64,000 nucleotides of DNA from Candidatus Woykebacteria bacterium RBG_13_40_15 (GCA_001816655.1 MHCP01000014.1:27068-91067); one strand, 5' to 3'. Shown: positions 10,501-20,110, numbered from the stretch's first letter. The notes: generated from the letters alone by a model not told the origin. Program-made: numbers and translations.

Positions 10501-11787
10501 GTGGCTAGAGAAAAAATTATTACGGCACTTGATGTCGGCTCCTCAAAAATTACTACATTGATCGCGAATTCTACCGAAGACGCGCTGACTGTCATCGGAG
10601 TTTCAACTGTTGCATCAAAGGGGATAAGAAAAGGACAAGTTGTTGATATCGATGAAGCTGTTAGCGCAATTTCGGAAAGTCTAGAAGCGGCGGAGCGAAT
10701 GGCTGGGGTTTCTACCTCCTCATGCTTTGCTAGTATTGGTGGTGTTCAAATCTCTTCTATAAATTCGAGAGGAGTGGTCGCCGTAGCTGGTGGCGAAAAT
10801 GAAATCAGCGAAGAAGATGTAAAAAGGGTTGTTGAAGCCGCTCAGGCAATTTCAACACCCTCTTCCAGAGAAATAATTCACGTCATACCGCGCGATTATA
10901 TTGTAGATTCCCAAGAAGGCATTAAAGATCCGGTTGGAATGACCGGTGTCCGTTTAGAAGTAGAGACTCATATAATTACTGGGGCTACTACTAGTATGAG
11001 GAATCTTGTTAAATGTATTCAGCAAGTGGGTTTGGATGTAGAAGGTTTGGTTTTTTCTGGTATTGCAAGTGCAGAATCTACTCTGACAGATACAGAAAAA
11101 GAGCTCGGTGTTGCTTTGATAGATATTGGCGGAGGCACGACCGATGTTGCTCTTTTTGTTGATGGGTCCATAGCCCACTCGGCTGTAATTCCAATTGGGG
11201 GTATAAATATTACTAACGATTTAGCTATTGGACTTCGCAGTTCTCTTGAAACAGCCCAAAAAATAAAATTGGCATTGAGTGAGAAAAGCGAAAAAGAGAA
11301 GATAGAGAGGACTGATAAAGAAGAAAGCTCTTCCAAAAGAAAGGAGGACACAGTTGATACATCTAATTTGGGGATAACAGAGGACTTGGGAAGCAGCCTT
11401 TCGCGGAAAACTTTAACTGAAGGGATTATAAAACCCAGATTGACAGAGATTTTCACTTTGATCGGAATGGAGATAAAACGAGCTGGATACGCTGGTCTTT
11501 TACCGGCCGGTTTAGTAATAACTGGTGGGGCGGCAGATACAATCCTTTTGAGGCAATTGGGGAAAGATACTTTGCGAATGCCTGTTAGGATTGCAGAACC
11601 GAAGGGAGTAAGTGGTTTAATTGACGAGATCTCAAACCCAGCATATGCGGCGTCCGTTGGGCTGCTTTTATATGCCCAAAAGAGTGGTTTAACAATTTCG
11701 GTTGGGGGTATAAGTTTGCCCCGCGGTAAGAACATCACCGACATCTTCAAAAAAGTATTTGGTTGGGCTAGGGGCCTTATCCACTAA
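10501..11787 (+). CDS. ftsA: Cell division protein FtsA
   Basis: LDVGSSK, PVGMTGVRLE, DIGGGTTD and ITGGAA motifs. Confidence 0.95.
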   Translation: MAREKIITALDVGSSKITTLIANSTEDALTVIGVSTVASKGIRKGQVVDIDEAVSAISESLEAAERMAGVSTSSCFASIGGVQISSINSRGVVAVAGGENEISEEDVKRVVEAAQAISTPSSREIIHVIPRDYIVDSQEGIKDPVGMTGVRLEVETHIITGATTSMRNLVKCIQQVGLDVEGLVFSGIASAESTLTDTEKELGVALIDIGGGTTDVALFVDGSIAHSAVIPIGGINITNDLAIGLRSSLETAQKIKLALSEKSEKEKIERTDKEESSSKRKEDTVDTSNLGITEDLGSSLSRKTLTEGIIKPRLTEIFTLIGMEIKRAGYAGLLPAGLVITGGAADTILLRQLGKDTLRMPVRIAEPKGVSGLIDEISNPAYAASVGLLLYAQKSGLTISVGGISLPRGKNITDIFKKVFGWARGLIH

Positions 11788-11850
11788 AAAACAATTGACA
11801 AAAATTTCCGTTTAATGTACGCTGAAAAGACTCCAGTTTAAGGCAGGTTT

Positions 11851-12942
11851 ATGTTAATAAAGCCAGAAGTTAACAGATTCGCAAAGATTAAAGTTATTGG
11901 AATCGGGGGTGCTGGGTGCAATGCTCTCAATTCAATGATTTCCCTTCAACAAATTCAAGGCGTTGATTTTGTGGGTGTGAATACCGATGCTCAAGCCCTT
12001 CTTTCCTGTTTAGCTCCAACAAAAATCCAAATCGGAGAACAATTAACAAAAGGATTAGGTAGTGGGGGCTTTCCTGAAATTGGTCGAAAGGCTGCCGAAG
12101 AAAGTGCAGAAAAAATGCAGGAAGTAATTAAAGATTCCGATATGGTCTTCCTGACCGCTGGTATGGGTGGTGGTACTGGAACAGGAGCTTGCCCAATAAT
12201 AGCTGAGATCGCGAAGAAAACAGGGGTTTTGACTGTCGCAGTAGTTACTAAACCATTTGCCTTTGAAGGAGCGCACAGGAGAATTGTAGCTGAAGAAGGT
12301 GTAGAAAGCTTGAAAGATAAACTTGATACCATGATCGTTATTCCAAATCAAAGGCTTCTTGATGTAGTCGACAAGAAAATGAGTTTACTCGAAGCTTTTA
12401 AAGTTGCTGATTCAGTTTTGGGCCAGGGAGTGCAAGGAATTTCGGATATTATTGTGTTGCCAGGTCTTATAAATGTTGATTTTGCCGATGTTAGAACAAT
12501 TATGACGAATGCCGGGAGTTCCTTGATGGGTATTGGGCTAGGGTCCGGTGAGGGAAGAGCCGCAGCTGCGGCTAGAGCGGCAGTTGCTTCTCCGCTTCTC
12601 GAAGTTTCCATTGAGGGGGCTAAGGGAATTTTGTTTAGTATTACTGGTGGCCCGGACCTTTCAATGTATGAGGTTGATGAAGCAGCAAAAATCATTTCAG
12701 CTGCGGCAGAAAGTGATGCAAATATAATTTTTGGGGCGGCGATTGATGAAGCAATGGTGGATCAGGTAAAGATTACAGTAATTGCGACTGGTTTCTCGGA
12801 AGATAGAGTACGCGCAGTTGAAACCAAAGAAGCCCTAGAATCTCTTCCTGAAGTGGCTACTGCGGTTGAGGGCGACGGTTCCCCCGTTTCCGATGAAGAC
12901 ACTGACCAGTTCGACATACCAGCTTTCTTACGTCAACGTTAG
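11851..12942 (+). CDS. ftsZ: Cell division protein FtsZ
   Basis: GMGGGTGTG, INVDFADV and C-terminal DIPAFLR. Confidence 0.97.
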   Translation: MLIKPEVNRFAKIKVIGIGGAGCNALNSMISLQQIQGVDFVGVNTDAQALLSCLAPTKIQIGEQLTKGLGSGGFPEIGRKAAEESAEKMQEVIKDSDMVFLTAGMGGGTGTGACPIIAEIAKKTGVLTVAVVTKPFAFEGAHRRIVAEEGVESLKDKLDTMIVIPNQRLLDVVDKKMSLLEAFKVADSVLGQGVQGISDIIVLPGLINVDFADVRTIMTNAGSSLMGIGLGSGEGRAAAAARAAVASPLLEVSIEGAKGILFSITGGPDLSMYEVDEAAKIISAAAESDANIIFGAAIDEAMVDQVKITVIATGFSEDRVRAVETKEALESLPEVATAVEGDGSPVSDEDTDQFDIPAFLRQR

Positions 12943-13023
12943 AAAGACGGTATACTAGATGTTTCAGCATCGTCTATTCCAGCTTTTTTGAGGCGTACTA
13001 ATTGACTTACCTTTAAAACCATA

Positions 13024-13096
13024 TTGACAGAAATATAGTCCGAAATATATAGTTACGGTGGGCCCCAAAAAGACTTTCCCCTTCGGGGCTTTTTTT
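13024..13096 (+). promoter_or_regulatory. pyrG promoter and leader with GGGC start and terminator (candidate CTP-sensing attenuator)
   Basis: TTGACA (13024), 18 nt, TATAGT (13048); GGGC at 13060; CTTTCCCC-TTCG-GGG hairpin followed by T7. Confidence 0.65.
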
Positions 13097-13097
13097 G

Positions 13098-14726
13098 ATG
13101 GTAAACAAGGCAGGTACAAAATATATTTTTATTTCTGGTGGAGTACTATCAGGAGTTGGTAAGGGAATAACTACCGCTTCTTTAGCTTTAATTTTAAAAT
13201 CAAAAGGCTTTACGGTAAGCCCTTTTAAATGTGATCCCTACATTAACGTAGATGCTGGTACGATGAATCCGACCGAACACGGCGAGGTTTTTGTGACCGA
13301 TGATGGGGCGGAGACAGACCAAGACCTTGGTCACTACGAGCGCTTTTTGGATATTGATCTTTCTGGGGCAAACTTTACTACTACCGGGCAAATTTATCAG
13401 ACAGTTATTCAAAAAGAGAGAAATTTAGATTATAAGGGTAAGTGTGTTGAAGTTGTACCTCATATTCCTGAGGAAATTATCAGGCGGATAAAAATTGCTG
13501 GGGAAAAGAATAATGCGGATATAGTACTTGTGGAAATTGGAGGAACAGTTGGCGAGTACCAAAATATTTTATTTCTGGAAGCCGCCAGAATTCTGAAATT
13601 TCGCCAACCTCAAGATGTGATTCATATTCATGTAGGTTACTTGCCAACTCCGAATAGTTTAGGGGAGATGAAATCAAAACCGGTCCAACAGTCGGTTCGG
13701 CTTCTAAATTCAGCCGGGATTCAACCCGATATTCTGGTTTGTCGGTCAGACGAGTTTATGGACGAGAAACGCCGGGAAAAACTCGCTCTTTTTTGCAACA
13801 TGAACCAAGCTGATATTTTTCGAAATCCCGATGTCGATTCAATTTATGAAGTCCCATTAGTTTTGGAAAAACAGCAAATAGGCCAAAAGGTCCTTGAAAA
13901 ATTAAAGTTTAGAGTTGGGAAAAAAGACCTATCGGCCTGGGAGAGTTTAGTTGCTACTATTAAAAAACCAAAAAAAGAATTGCCAATTGCGGTAGTTGGC
14001 AAATATTTTACCACTGGAGACTTTTCCTTGGAAGATTCTTACATTTCAGTAATTGAAGCAATTAAACATGCTTGTTGGGCGAATGTTGTAAATTCTCGAA
14101 TTGTCTGGGTCGATAGTGAGAAAATTGAAAAGGAAGGAACGGGAGCCCTAAAAAAATTTAAAGGGGTTGTAGTTCCTGGTGGTTTTGGTAGTAGAGGGGT
14201 TGAGGGGATTATTAAAGCGATTCAATTCGCCAGAGAAAATAAAGTGCCTTACTTGGGCCTTTGTTTTGGTATGCAGCTTGCAACAGTTGAGTTTGCAAGA
14301 AATGTAGCAGAGTTGAAAGACGCTAATACTACCGAAATAAATAGTGACGCGTACAACAAAGTAATTCATGTAATGCCGGAACAAGAAAAGTTATTAATTG
14401 GTAAGGAGTATGGTGGTACTATGCGGCTAGGAGCCTTTCCTTGTAAACTAGTTAATGGGACTACTGCACAGAAAGCGTATGGTCGCAATGAAATTTATGA
14501 GAGGCACCGTCATCGATATGAATTTAATAGTCAATTTAGAGATAAACTAGAAAAGTCAGGCTTTATTGTTTCAGGTACAAGTTTGAATGGCCGTCTTGTA
14601 GAGATAATTGAGATAAAAGGGCACCCTTTCTTTGTCGGGACACAATTTCATCCCGAATTTAAATCTAGACCACTCAGGCCTCACCCACTATTTTCAGCCT
14701 TTATTAAAAAAAGCTGTCTAGCATAA
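13098..14726 (+). CDS. pyrG: CTP synthase
   Basis: GGVLSGVGKG, DPYINVDAGTM, GLCFGMQ, ERHRHRYE and QFHPEF motifs. Confidence 0.97.
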   Translation: MVNKAGTKYIFISGGVLSGVGKGITTASLALILKSKGFTVSPFKCDPYINVDAGTMNPTEHGEVFVTDDGAETDQDLGHYERFLDIDLSGANFTTTGQIYQTVIQKERNLDYKGKCVEVVPHIPEEIIRRIKIAGEKNNADIVLVEIGGTVGEYQNILFLEAARILKFRQPQDVIHIHVGYLPTPNSLGEMKSKPVQQSVRLLNSAGIQPDILVCRSDEFMDEKRREKLALFCNMNQADIFRNPDVDSIYEVPLVLEKQQIGQKVLEKLKFRVGKKDLSAWESLVATIKKPKKELPIAVVGKYFTTGDFSLEDSYISVIEAIKHACWANVVNSRIVWVDSEKIEKEGTGALKKFKGVVVPGGFGSRGVEGIIKAIQFARENKVPYLGLCFGMQLATVEFARNVAELKDANTTEINSDAYNKVIHVMPEQEKLLIGKEYGGTMRLGAFPCKLVNGTTAQKAYGRNEIYERHRHRYEFNSQFRDKLEKSGFIVSGTSLNGRLVEIIEIKGHPFFVGTQFHPEFKSRPLRPHPLFSAFIKKSCLA

Positions 14727-14820
14727 AAGAACTCCCCGTGGAGGGCAACACAGGGAGTTCGAGGTATGAATTATAGCTTATTATTACAATACTTGTAAGT
14801 GATTAACTTACAAAATTGCA
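14725..14820 (-). ncRNA. Candidate structured small RNA, or long 3' UTR of the MerR gene
   Basis: TTGTAAGT/ACTTACAA hairpin, GAACTCC..GGAGTTC+T4 terminator on the minus strand, TTGACG at 14854-14849. Confidence 0.35.
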
Positions 14821-14890
14821 CAATAGTATTATCAGAAATACGTTGGAGCGTCAACAATCAAGCATTAATTTGATCTATAAAGAAAGCGGT

Positions 14891-15202
14891 TTAGATTATA
14901 TTGAATTCGTCGAAATCGGGGAAAATTTTTTTCTGCAAATCTACGCCATTTTTTCCAGCCAACTCGATCAACTTTAAAATTGAAGCCACTCCTGCAAGAT
15001 TTATTCCCTTCTTATTGGTTAGGTGCCTAATAAATTGCAGTTTTCGGATATCCTTTTGTGAAAATCTTCTTCGGTTTGTTTTAGTCCGCGCTGGGATAAC
15101 TAATCCTTCGTTTTCATAAATCATAAGAGTCCTGGGGTGAACTCCCATTATTTCGGCCGTGACAGAAAGTGTGAATAAGGGTTTGGTATCTGCTGATGTC
15201 AT
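14891..15202 (-). CDS. MerR-family (HspR-like) transcriptional regulator
   Basis: AEIMGVHPRTLMIYENEGLVIPART..RRRFS..GINLAG helix-turn-helix signature. Confidence 0.88.
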   Translation of the reverse strand: MTSADTKPLFTLSVTAEIMGVHPRTLMIYENEGLVIPARTKTNRRRFSQKDIRKLQFIRHLTNKKGINLAGVASILKLIELAGKNGVDLQKKIFPDFDEFNII

Positions 15203-15259
15203 AGGAAAATACTACGATATAATATACTAATAAAATATCAATATGCAAGTGTTATTTTA

Positions 15260-15357
15260 GCGTAGTGAAAACCGTTTTCTTATCGGAACGGTTGAAGAAG
15301 CTAAAAGAAACTTCTTCCGATTTCGGAAGCCGAAGGTTTTAGCCCGCGGAGCTTCAT
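15260..15357 (+). mobile_element. Possible IS200/IS605 right-end (omega-RNA-like) remnant, no transposase
   Basis: Stacked hairpins ending GGAAGCC..TTTAGCC..GGAGCTTCA. Confidence 0.3.
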
Positions 15358-15418
15358 TTTTGGGCTAGGTAGTAGGTTGGCTGTTGCATTTTTATGCGGA
15401 TCGGTATATTTTTTAATT

Positions 15419-15536
15419 AGTTAAATATTTGTTGTGTGTAGCCCGTTTTAATGTTTTAGACGGGCGTATTTTGGAACGGGCTTTGAGGGCAACACATAAC
15501 AGGGAAAACCCCGGCAACTTCCGGGGTTTTCTTTTT
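15419..15536 (+). ncRNA. Candidate small RNA
   Basis: TTGCAT-17-TATTTT promoter, long stem 15431-15444/15487-15500, strong terminator GAAAACCCCGG..CCGGGGTTTTC+T5, no convincing ORF. Confidence 0.45.
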
Positions 15537-15682
15537 ACCAATTGACCCCTTGACAAATAGTTAGACTTTTTATTACAGTAATGTTGTAAGGTTTTATGAT
15601 AGTAAGACTTTAGTATTAAGCAGGTTTTAAATGCAAGAGTCAGTTTAGAACAATCTTGAAGGGAGGTGAAAATAACAAGACT

Positions 15683-15940
15683 ATGACAATGAGTACCGAA
15701 GAAGCTGGGAGGAGAGGAGGCTTGATGGTAAAAAAGAAATATGGTCCCTCTTTTTACTCTGAGATCGGCCGAAAAGGTGGTCAAGCAACCAAAAAGGCAT
15801 ACGGCCCAGACTTTTATTCGAAGATCGGGGAAAAAGGTGGCGAGATGGTAAAGGAAAAGCATGGCCCCTCGTTTTACTCAGAGATTGGTAAGAAAGGTGG
15901 AAGAATGCGAGCGAACAAGCAAATGAAGTTTGAGTTTTAG
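15683..15940 (+). CDS. KGG-repeat general stress protein (GsiB/YciG-like)
   Basis: Three 20-aa repeats of G[RE][RK]GG..[YH]GPxFYS[EK]I; GGGAGGTG SD. Confidence 0.85.
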   Translation: MTMSTEEAGRRGGLMVKKKYGPSFYSEIGRKGGQATKKAYGPDFYSKIGEKGGEMVKEKHGPSFYSEIGKKGGRMRANKQMKFEF

Positions 15941-16055
15941 CTTGGCGATTATGCCCTTAGTGGTCAAGCTAACCCCCGATCATTTCGGGGGAGGAATTAT
16001 CCGTAGTAAAAGCCGCTTGTCTAATTAGCCGTTTTTTGGTTTAATTTACTTCACG

Positions 16056-19010
16056 ATGTTTAAAAAGGTTAGTTCCAAAGTTGATTTTCCGCAACTAGAG
16101 CGTGAAACTCTTAAATATTGGCAAAAAAATAAGATTTTAGAAAAATATCTCGCCAGAAATAAAGATTCCAAAGAAAAGTTCAAGTTTCTCGACGGTCCAA
16201 TTACAGCCAACAATCCAATGGGAGTGCATCATGCTTGGGGAAGGACTTACAAAGATTTGTGGCAACGTTTTTTCAATATGTTGGGCAAACGCCAGCGTTT
16301 TCAAAACGGTTTCGATGAGCAAGGGCTTTGGGTTGAGGTTGAAGTCGAAAAGGACCTTGGATTAAAAACAAAAAAAGACATTGAAAATCTAGTTCCTGGA
16401 AACACCTTTGAATCAATTGCCAAGTTCGTCAATCTTTGTAAGGAAAGAGTTAAAAAGTATTCTGCAGTTCAAGCAGAACAGAGTAAGCGTCTGGGTTATT
16501 TCATGGATTGGGAAAATTCATACCACACAAGTTCCGATCAAAATAATTACGCAATTTGGAATTATCTAAAAACAGTTCACGAAAAAGGCTGGCTTTACAA
16601 AGGGAGAGACACCGTGCCTTGGTGCCCGCGCTGTGGTACCGCCATTTCTCAACACGAGATTTTGACTGAAGAATATCAAGAAATCACCCATAAAGCAGTT
16701 TACGTGCGATATCCTATTATTGGTAAAAAGAATACCTACTTACTTGTTTGGACCACGACTCCTTGGACTCTTCCAGGTAATGTTTCGACTGCTGTTAATC
16801 CTGAACTAAAATATGTAGAAATTGATTGGGTTGTGGGAGCTCCAATCGGGGTTCCAATGGGTAACTACATAGTTTCAGATAACCTCTCAGAACGTATTTT
16901 CAAGGATTTGGACAAGGAAGAAGTAATTCGAACTTTTTCTGGGAAAGAATTAATCGGATTAGAGTATGCGACCCCCTTCGATGATCTTGAAAGAGTTAAA
17001 AATGCAAAAAAAGAAGGAAATTTCCATAAAGTAATCGCTTCCAAAGATTTGGTGACAGCGGAAGAAGGTACCGGTTTGGTTCATATTGCACCGGGGCAGG
17101 GGGAGGAAGATTTTAAACTTGGAAGGGAACAAGATATTCCTACAATTGAATTGATCGATGAAGGGGCTAACTATATAAACGGGTTGGGTGAATTTTCTGG
17201 AAAAAACGCCAAAGACCATCCTGAATTAATCCTTGATTATCTCGAAAAATATGAGAATGGTAAATTTTTCTTTAAAGTCGAGGATTATAAACACCGCTAT
17301 CCAACTTGTTGGCGGTGCAAGACAGAGCTTGTTTGGCGAGTGGTTGATGAGTGGTATATTGCGATGGATAAACCATCGAAGTCAAAAGTAAAAAGTCAAA
17401 ATTCAAAAGTTGAGAAAAAGACTTATCGGGAAATGATGAAAGAAGTTATTAAAGATGTTAAATGGATTCCCTCTTGGGGCTACGAGCGAGAGTTAGACTG
17501 GCTCAACAATATGCACGATTGGCTAATTTCTAAGAAACGATATTGGGGCCTTGCGTTGCCAATTTGGGAGTGTAATAAGTGCGGTAATTTTGAGCTTGTT
17601 GGCTCAAAAGAGGAGTTAAATGAAAAAGCAGTTAGCGGTTGGAAAGAATTTGAAGGCAACTCTCCTCATAGACCTTGGATAGATCAAGTAAAAATAAAGT
17701 GTTCGAAATGTGGGGAAGTGGTATCTAGGATTCCAGATGTTGGAAACCCGTGGCTTGATGCCGGAATTGTTCCATTCTCAACTCTAAATTATTTCGAGGA
17801 CAAAGATTATTGGAGAAAGTGGTTTCCAGCAGATTTTATAACCGAAGCTTTCCCAGGCCAATTTAAAAATTGGTTTTACTCGCTGATTGCAATGTCAACA
17901 GCCCTTGAAGCTACAACCCCATTCAAAACACTTTTAGGTCATGGTCAAGTGAAGGATGAAAAGGGAGAGGAGATGCACAAAAGTAAAGGAAATGCAATTG
18001 AGTTCAATGAATCAGCAGATAAAATAGGGGTTGATGTAATGAGGTGGTTATATCTTAGAACCAAACCTGAACATAATGTTAATTTTGGTTATCACGTTGC
18101 CGAAGAGATAAAGCGCTTATTCTTGTTAAGACTTTGGAATGTTTACGTATTCTTCGTTACTTACGCAAATATTGATGAATGGAATCCGACTAACAAAAAA
18201 TTTAAGCCCACGAATGTTCTTGATAGATGGGTATTTTCCAGAATGAAAGGAAATATTGAGCACGTAACTGAGGCTTTAAATGGTCTTGGGGAGAAGAAAA
18301 GGTTCGATGCAGCAGACGCCATTGGAAACGCCGAAATTTTCGTAGACGACTTATCAAATTGGTATGTGAGGAGAATAAGAGACAGAGTGGGTCCTAACGT
18401 GCCTGATGGAGAAGATAAAAAGGATGCTTATGAAACTCTTTGGGTTGTGCTGAAAAGCTACTCAAAAACCCTTGCTCCAATGGTTCCATTTATTTCGGAG
18501 GAGATATACACAAATTTAACCGGAGAATTATCCGTCCATCTAGTTAATTGGCCTTCAGGTGATGAGTTTTTTAAAGACACAAAACTAGAGGAAGAGATGA
18601 ATTTGGCAAGGGAGATTGTTGAGGCAGCCCACTCTAAACGCAAAGAAAAAGCCATCAAGGTACGTCAACCATTGGCTCTTCTTACCTACCCGAAACAAAA
18701 ACTAGATACAGAAGTGGAAAAGGTAATCGCCGCTGAGGTCAATGTGAAAGAAGTAAGATTTGATCCTAAACAAAAAGAGGGTGTAAGACTTGATGATAGA
18801 ATTACTGAAGAATTAAAAGAAGAAGGAGAAGCAAGAGACTTAATACGGGCTGTTCAGGAAAAACGAAAAGAAGCTAGTGTTGAGTTTAGCGATGAAGTCA
18901 CGGTTTATGCCCCGCTACCAAGTAGAAAAGATCTGGTGGATTTAGTTAAGAAAGAAACATTGGCAAAGAAGCTTATTCAATCTAACGAAATAAAAGTAGA
19001 AAAAGATTAA
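16056..19010 (+). CDS. ileS: Isoleucine--tRNA ligase, type 2
   Basis: DGPITAN, GVHH (HIGH variant), WTTTPWTLP, GTGLVHIAPG, DWLISKKRYWG and EMHKSKGN motifs. Confidence 0.93.
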   Translation: MFKKVSSKVDFPQLERETLKYWQKNKILEKYLARNKDSKEKFKFLDGPITANNPMGVHHAWGRTYKDLWQRFFNMLGKRQRFQNGFDEQGLWVEVEVEKDLGLKTKKDIENLVPGNTFESIAKFVNLCKERVKKYSAVQAEQSKRLGYFMDWENSYHTSSDQNNYAIWNYLKTVHEKGWLYKGRDTVPWCPRCGTAISQHEILTEEYQEITHKAVYVRYPIIGKKNTYLLVWTTTPWTLPGNVSTAVNPELKYVEIDWVVGAPIGVPMGNYIVSDNLSERIFKDLDKEEVIRTFSGKELIGLEYATPFDDLERVKNAKKEGNFHKVIASKDLVTAEEGTGLVHIAPGQGEEDFKLGREQDIPTIELIDEGANYINGLGEFSGKNAKDHPELILDYLEKYENGKFFFKVEDYKHRYPTCWRCKTELVWRVVDEWYIAMDKPSKSKVKSQNSKVEKKTYREMMKEVIKDVKWIPSWGYERELDWLNNMHDWLISKKRYWGLALPIWECNKCGNFELVGSKEELNEKAVSGWKEFEGNSPHRPWIDQVKIKCSKCGEVVSRIPDVGNPWLDAGIVPFSTLNYFEDKDYWRKWFPADFITEAFPGQFKNWFYSLIAMSTALEATTPFKTLLGHGQVKDEKGEEMHKSKGNAIEFNESADKIGVDVMRWLYLRTKPEHNVNFGYHVAEEIKRLFLLRLWNVYVFFVTYANIDEWNPTNKKFKPTNVLDRWVFSRMKGNIEHVTEALNGLGEKKRFDAADAIGNAEIFVDDLSNWYVRRIRDRVGPNVPDGEDKKDAYETLWVVLKSYSKTLAPMVPFISEEIYTNLTGELSVHLVNWPSGDEFFKDTKLEEEMNLAREIVEAAHSKRKEKAIKVRQPLALLTYPKQKLDTEVEKVIAAEVNVKEVRFDPKQKEGVRLDDRITEELKEEGEARDLIRAVQEKRKEASVEFSDEVTVYAPLPSRKDLVDLVKKETLAKKLIQSNEIKVEKD
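17382..17409 (+). repeat. Four 7-nt tandem units inside ileS
   Basis: tcaaaag taaaaag tcaaaat tcaaaag. Confidence 0.7.
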
Positions 19011-20110
19011 TGCCAATAGCAAAACTTTTCATAAAGATAGACCTATTAATTTTTATTCCAGCGATTCTACTGAGTTGTTTTGGACTCTTAATTATTTATA
19101 GTGTCTCTTTCGAATCTGACCCATCGTTCTTTTACAGACAAGTTTTCTACCTAATTTTTTCAATAGGACTTTTTTTATTGGTATCACAAATTAGTTTTAA
19201 GACAATTATCCAATTTTCATTTATTTTATATAGTTTGATCATCCTTTTGTTGATTATTACAAATTTCTTTGGAAGCGAAGTTCAAGGGTCTGTGAGATGG
19301 TTGGATTTTGGCTTGGTGAAACTTCAGGCATCTGAGCTTGCGAAACCGGTTGTCGTTTTAGCACTTTCGTTATTTTTTGCCAAGCATCCTGCCAAGAAGC
19401 TAAAAAACTTCCTAATATCTGCGATTTTAGTAGTTATTCCGGCTGTTCTTATTTTAAGGCAACCTGACTTTGGGAACTTTTTTATTTTATTTCTCATTTG
19501 GTTTTTTATCGTCTTTGTTGCAGGAACAAATATTATTTATTTGGTTTCTCTAGTTTTAATTTCGGCTGTTTCCTTTCCATTGCTTTGGAACCTATTAGCG
19601 AGCTACCAAAAGGCTAGAGTGACTACCTTTTTTAATCCCAATTTTGATCCGCAAGGAGCAAGTTACAACGTTGTTCAGGCGATTATTGCGTTTGGAAGCG
19701 GACAGTTAATCGGGAGGGGATTGGGTCGGGGGACACAATCGCATTTGAATTTTTTGCCAGCAGAGCGAACCGACTTTATTTTTGCTTCGACTGGAGAAGA
19801 ACTTGGTTTTCTGGGGATCAGTATAATATTACTTCTTTTTGTTTTTTTGGTTTACCGGCTTGTGAAACTAGCACAATCTACCACGCAGATTGAAGAAAGT
19901 ATATTTATTTTCGGTTCAGCGTTTGCGATTTTTCTTCAATTTTTTATAAATACAGCCGTAAATATGGGTATTTTACCGGCTACTGGTATCACTCTTCCAT
20001 TTGTTTCATTTGGCGGTAGTTCCTTAGCTTCAATGTTTTTGTTTCTCGCCTTGGTGCAATCGATAATTAATCAAAAGAAAGAAAAAGCTGATGCTGTTTT
20101 AACTAGTTGA
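19010..20110 (+). CDS. rodA: Rod shape-determining SEDS protein RodA
   Basis: GSVRW, QASELAK, GRGTQSHLNFLPAERTDFIF and PFVSFGGSS motifs. Confidence 0.92.
   Translation: MPIAKLFIKIDLLIFIPAILLSCFGLLIIYSVSFESDPSFFYRQVFYLIFSIGLFLLVSQISFKTIIQFSFILYSLIILLLIITNFFGSEVQGSVRWLDFGLVKLQASELAKPVVVLALSLFFAKHPAKKLKNFLISAILVVIPAVLILRQPDFGNFFILFLIWFFIVFVAGTNIIYLVSLVLISAVSFPLLWNLLASYQKARVTTFFNPNFDPQGASYNVVQAIIAFGSGQLIGRGLGRGTQSHLNFLPAERTDFIFASTGEELGFLGISIILLLFVFLVYRLVKLAQSTTQIEESIFIFGSAFAIFLQFFINTAVNMGILPATGITLPFVSFGGSSLASMFLFLALVQSIINQKKEKADAVLTS

Noticed and set aside
11019-11750. 243-aa antisense ORF and the many other shadow ORFs in the track
   Set aside because: They lie opposite or within well-supported genes and show no motifs
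14791-14813. HspR HAIR operator
   Set aside because: The inverted repeat does not match CTTGAGT-N7-ACTCAAG; kept only as an RNA hairpin candidate
15941-16055. T-box riboswitch upstream of ileS
   Set aside because: Too short and no T-box (GGTGGNACCGCG) motif; the hairpins fit a terminator for the KGG gene
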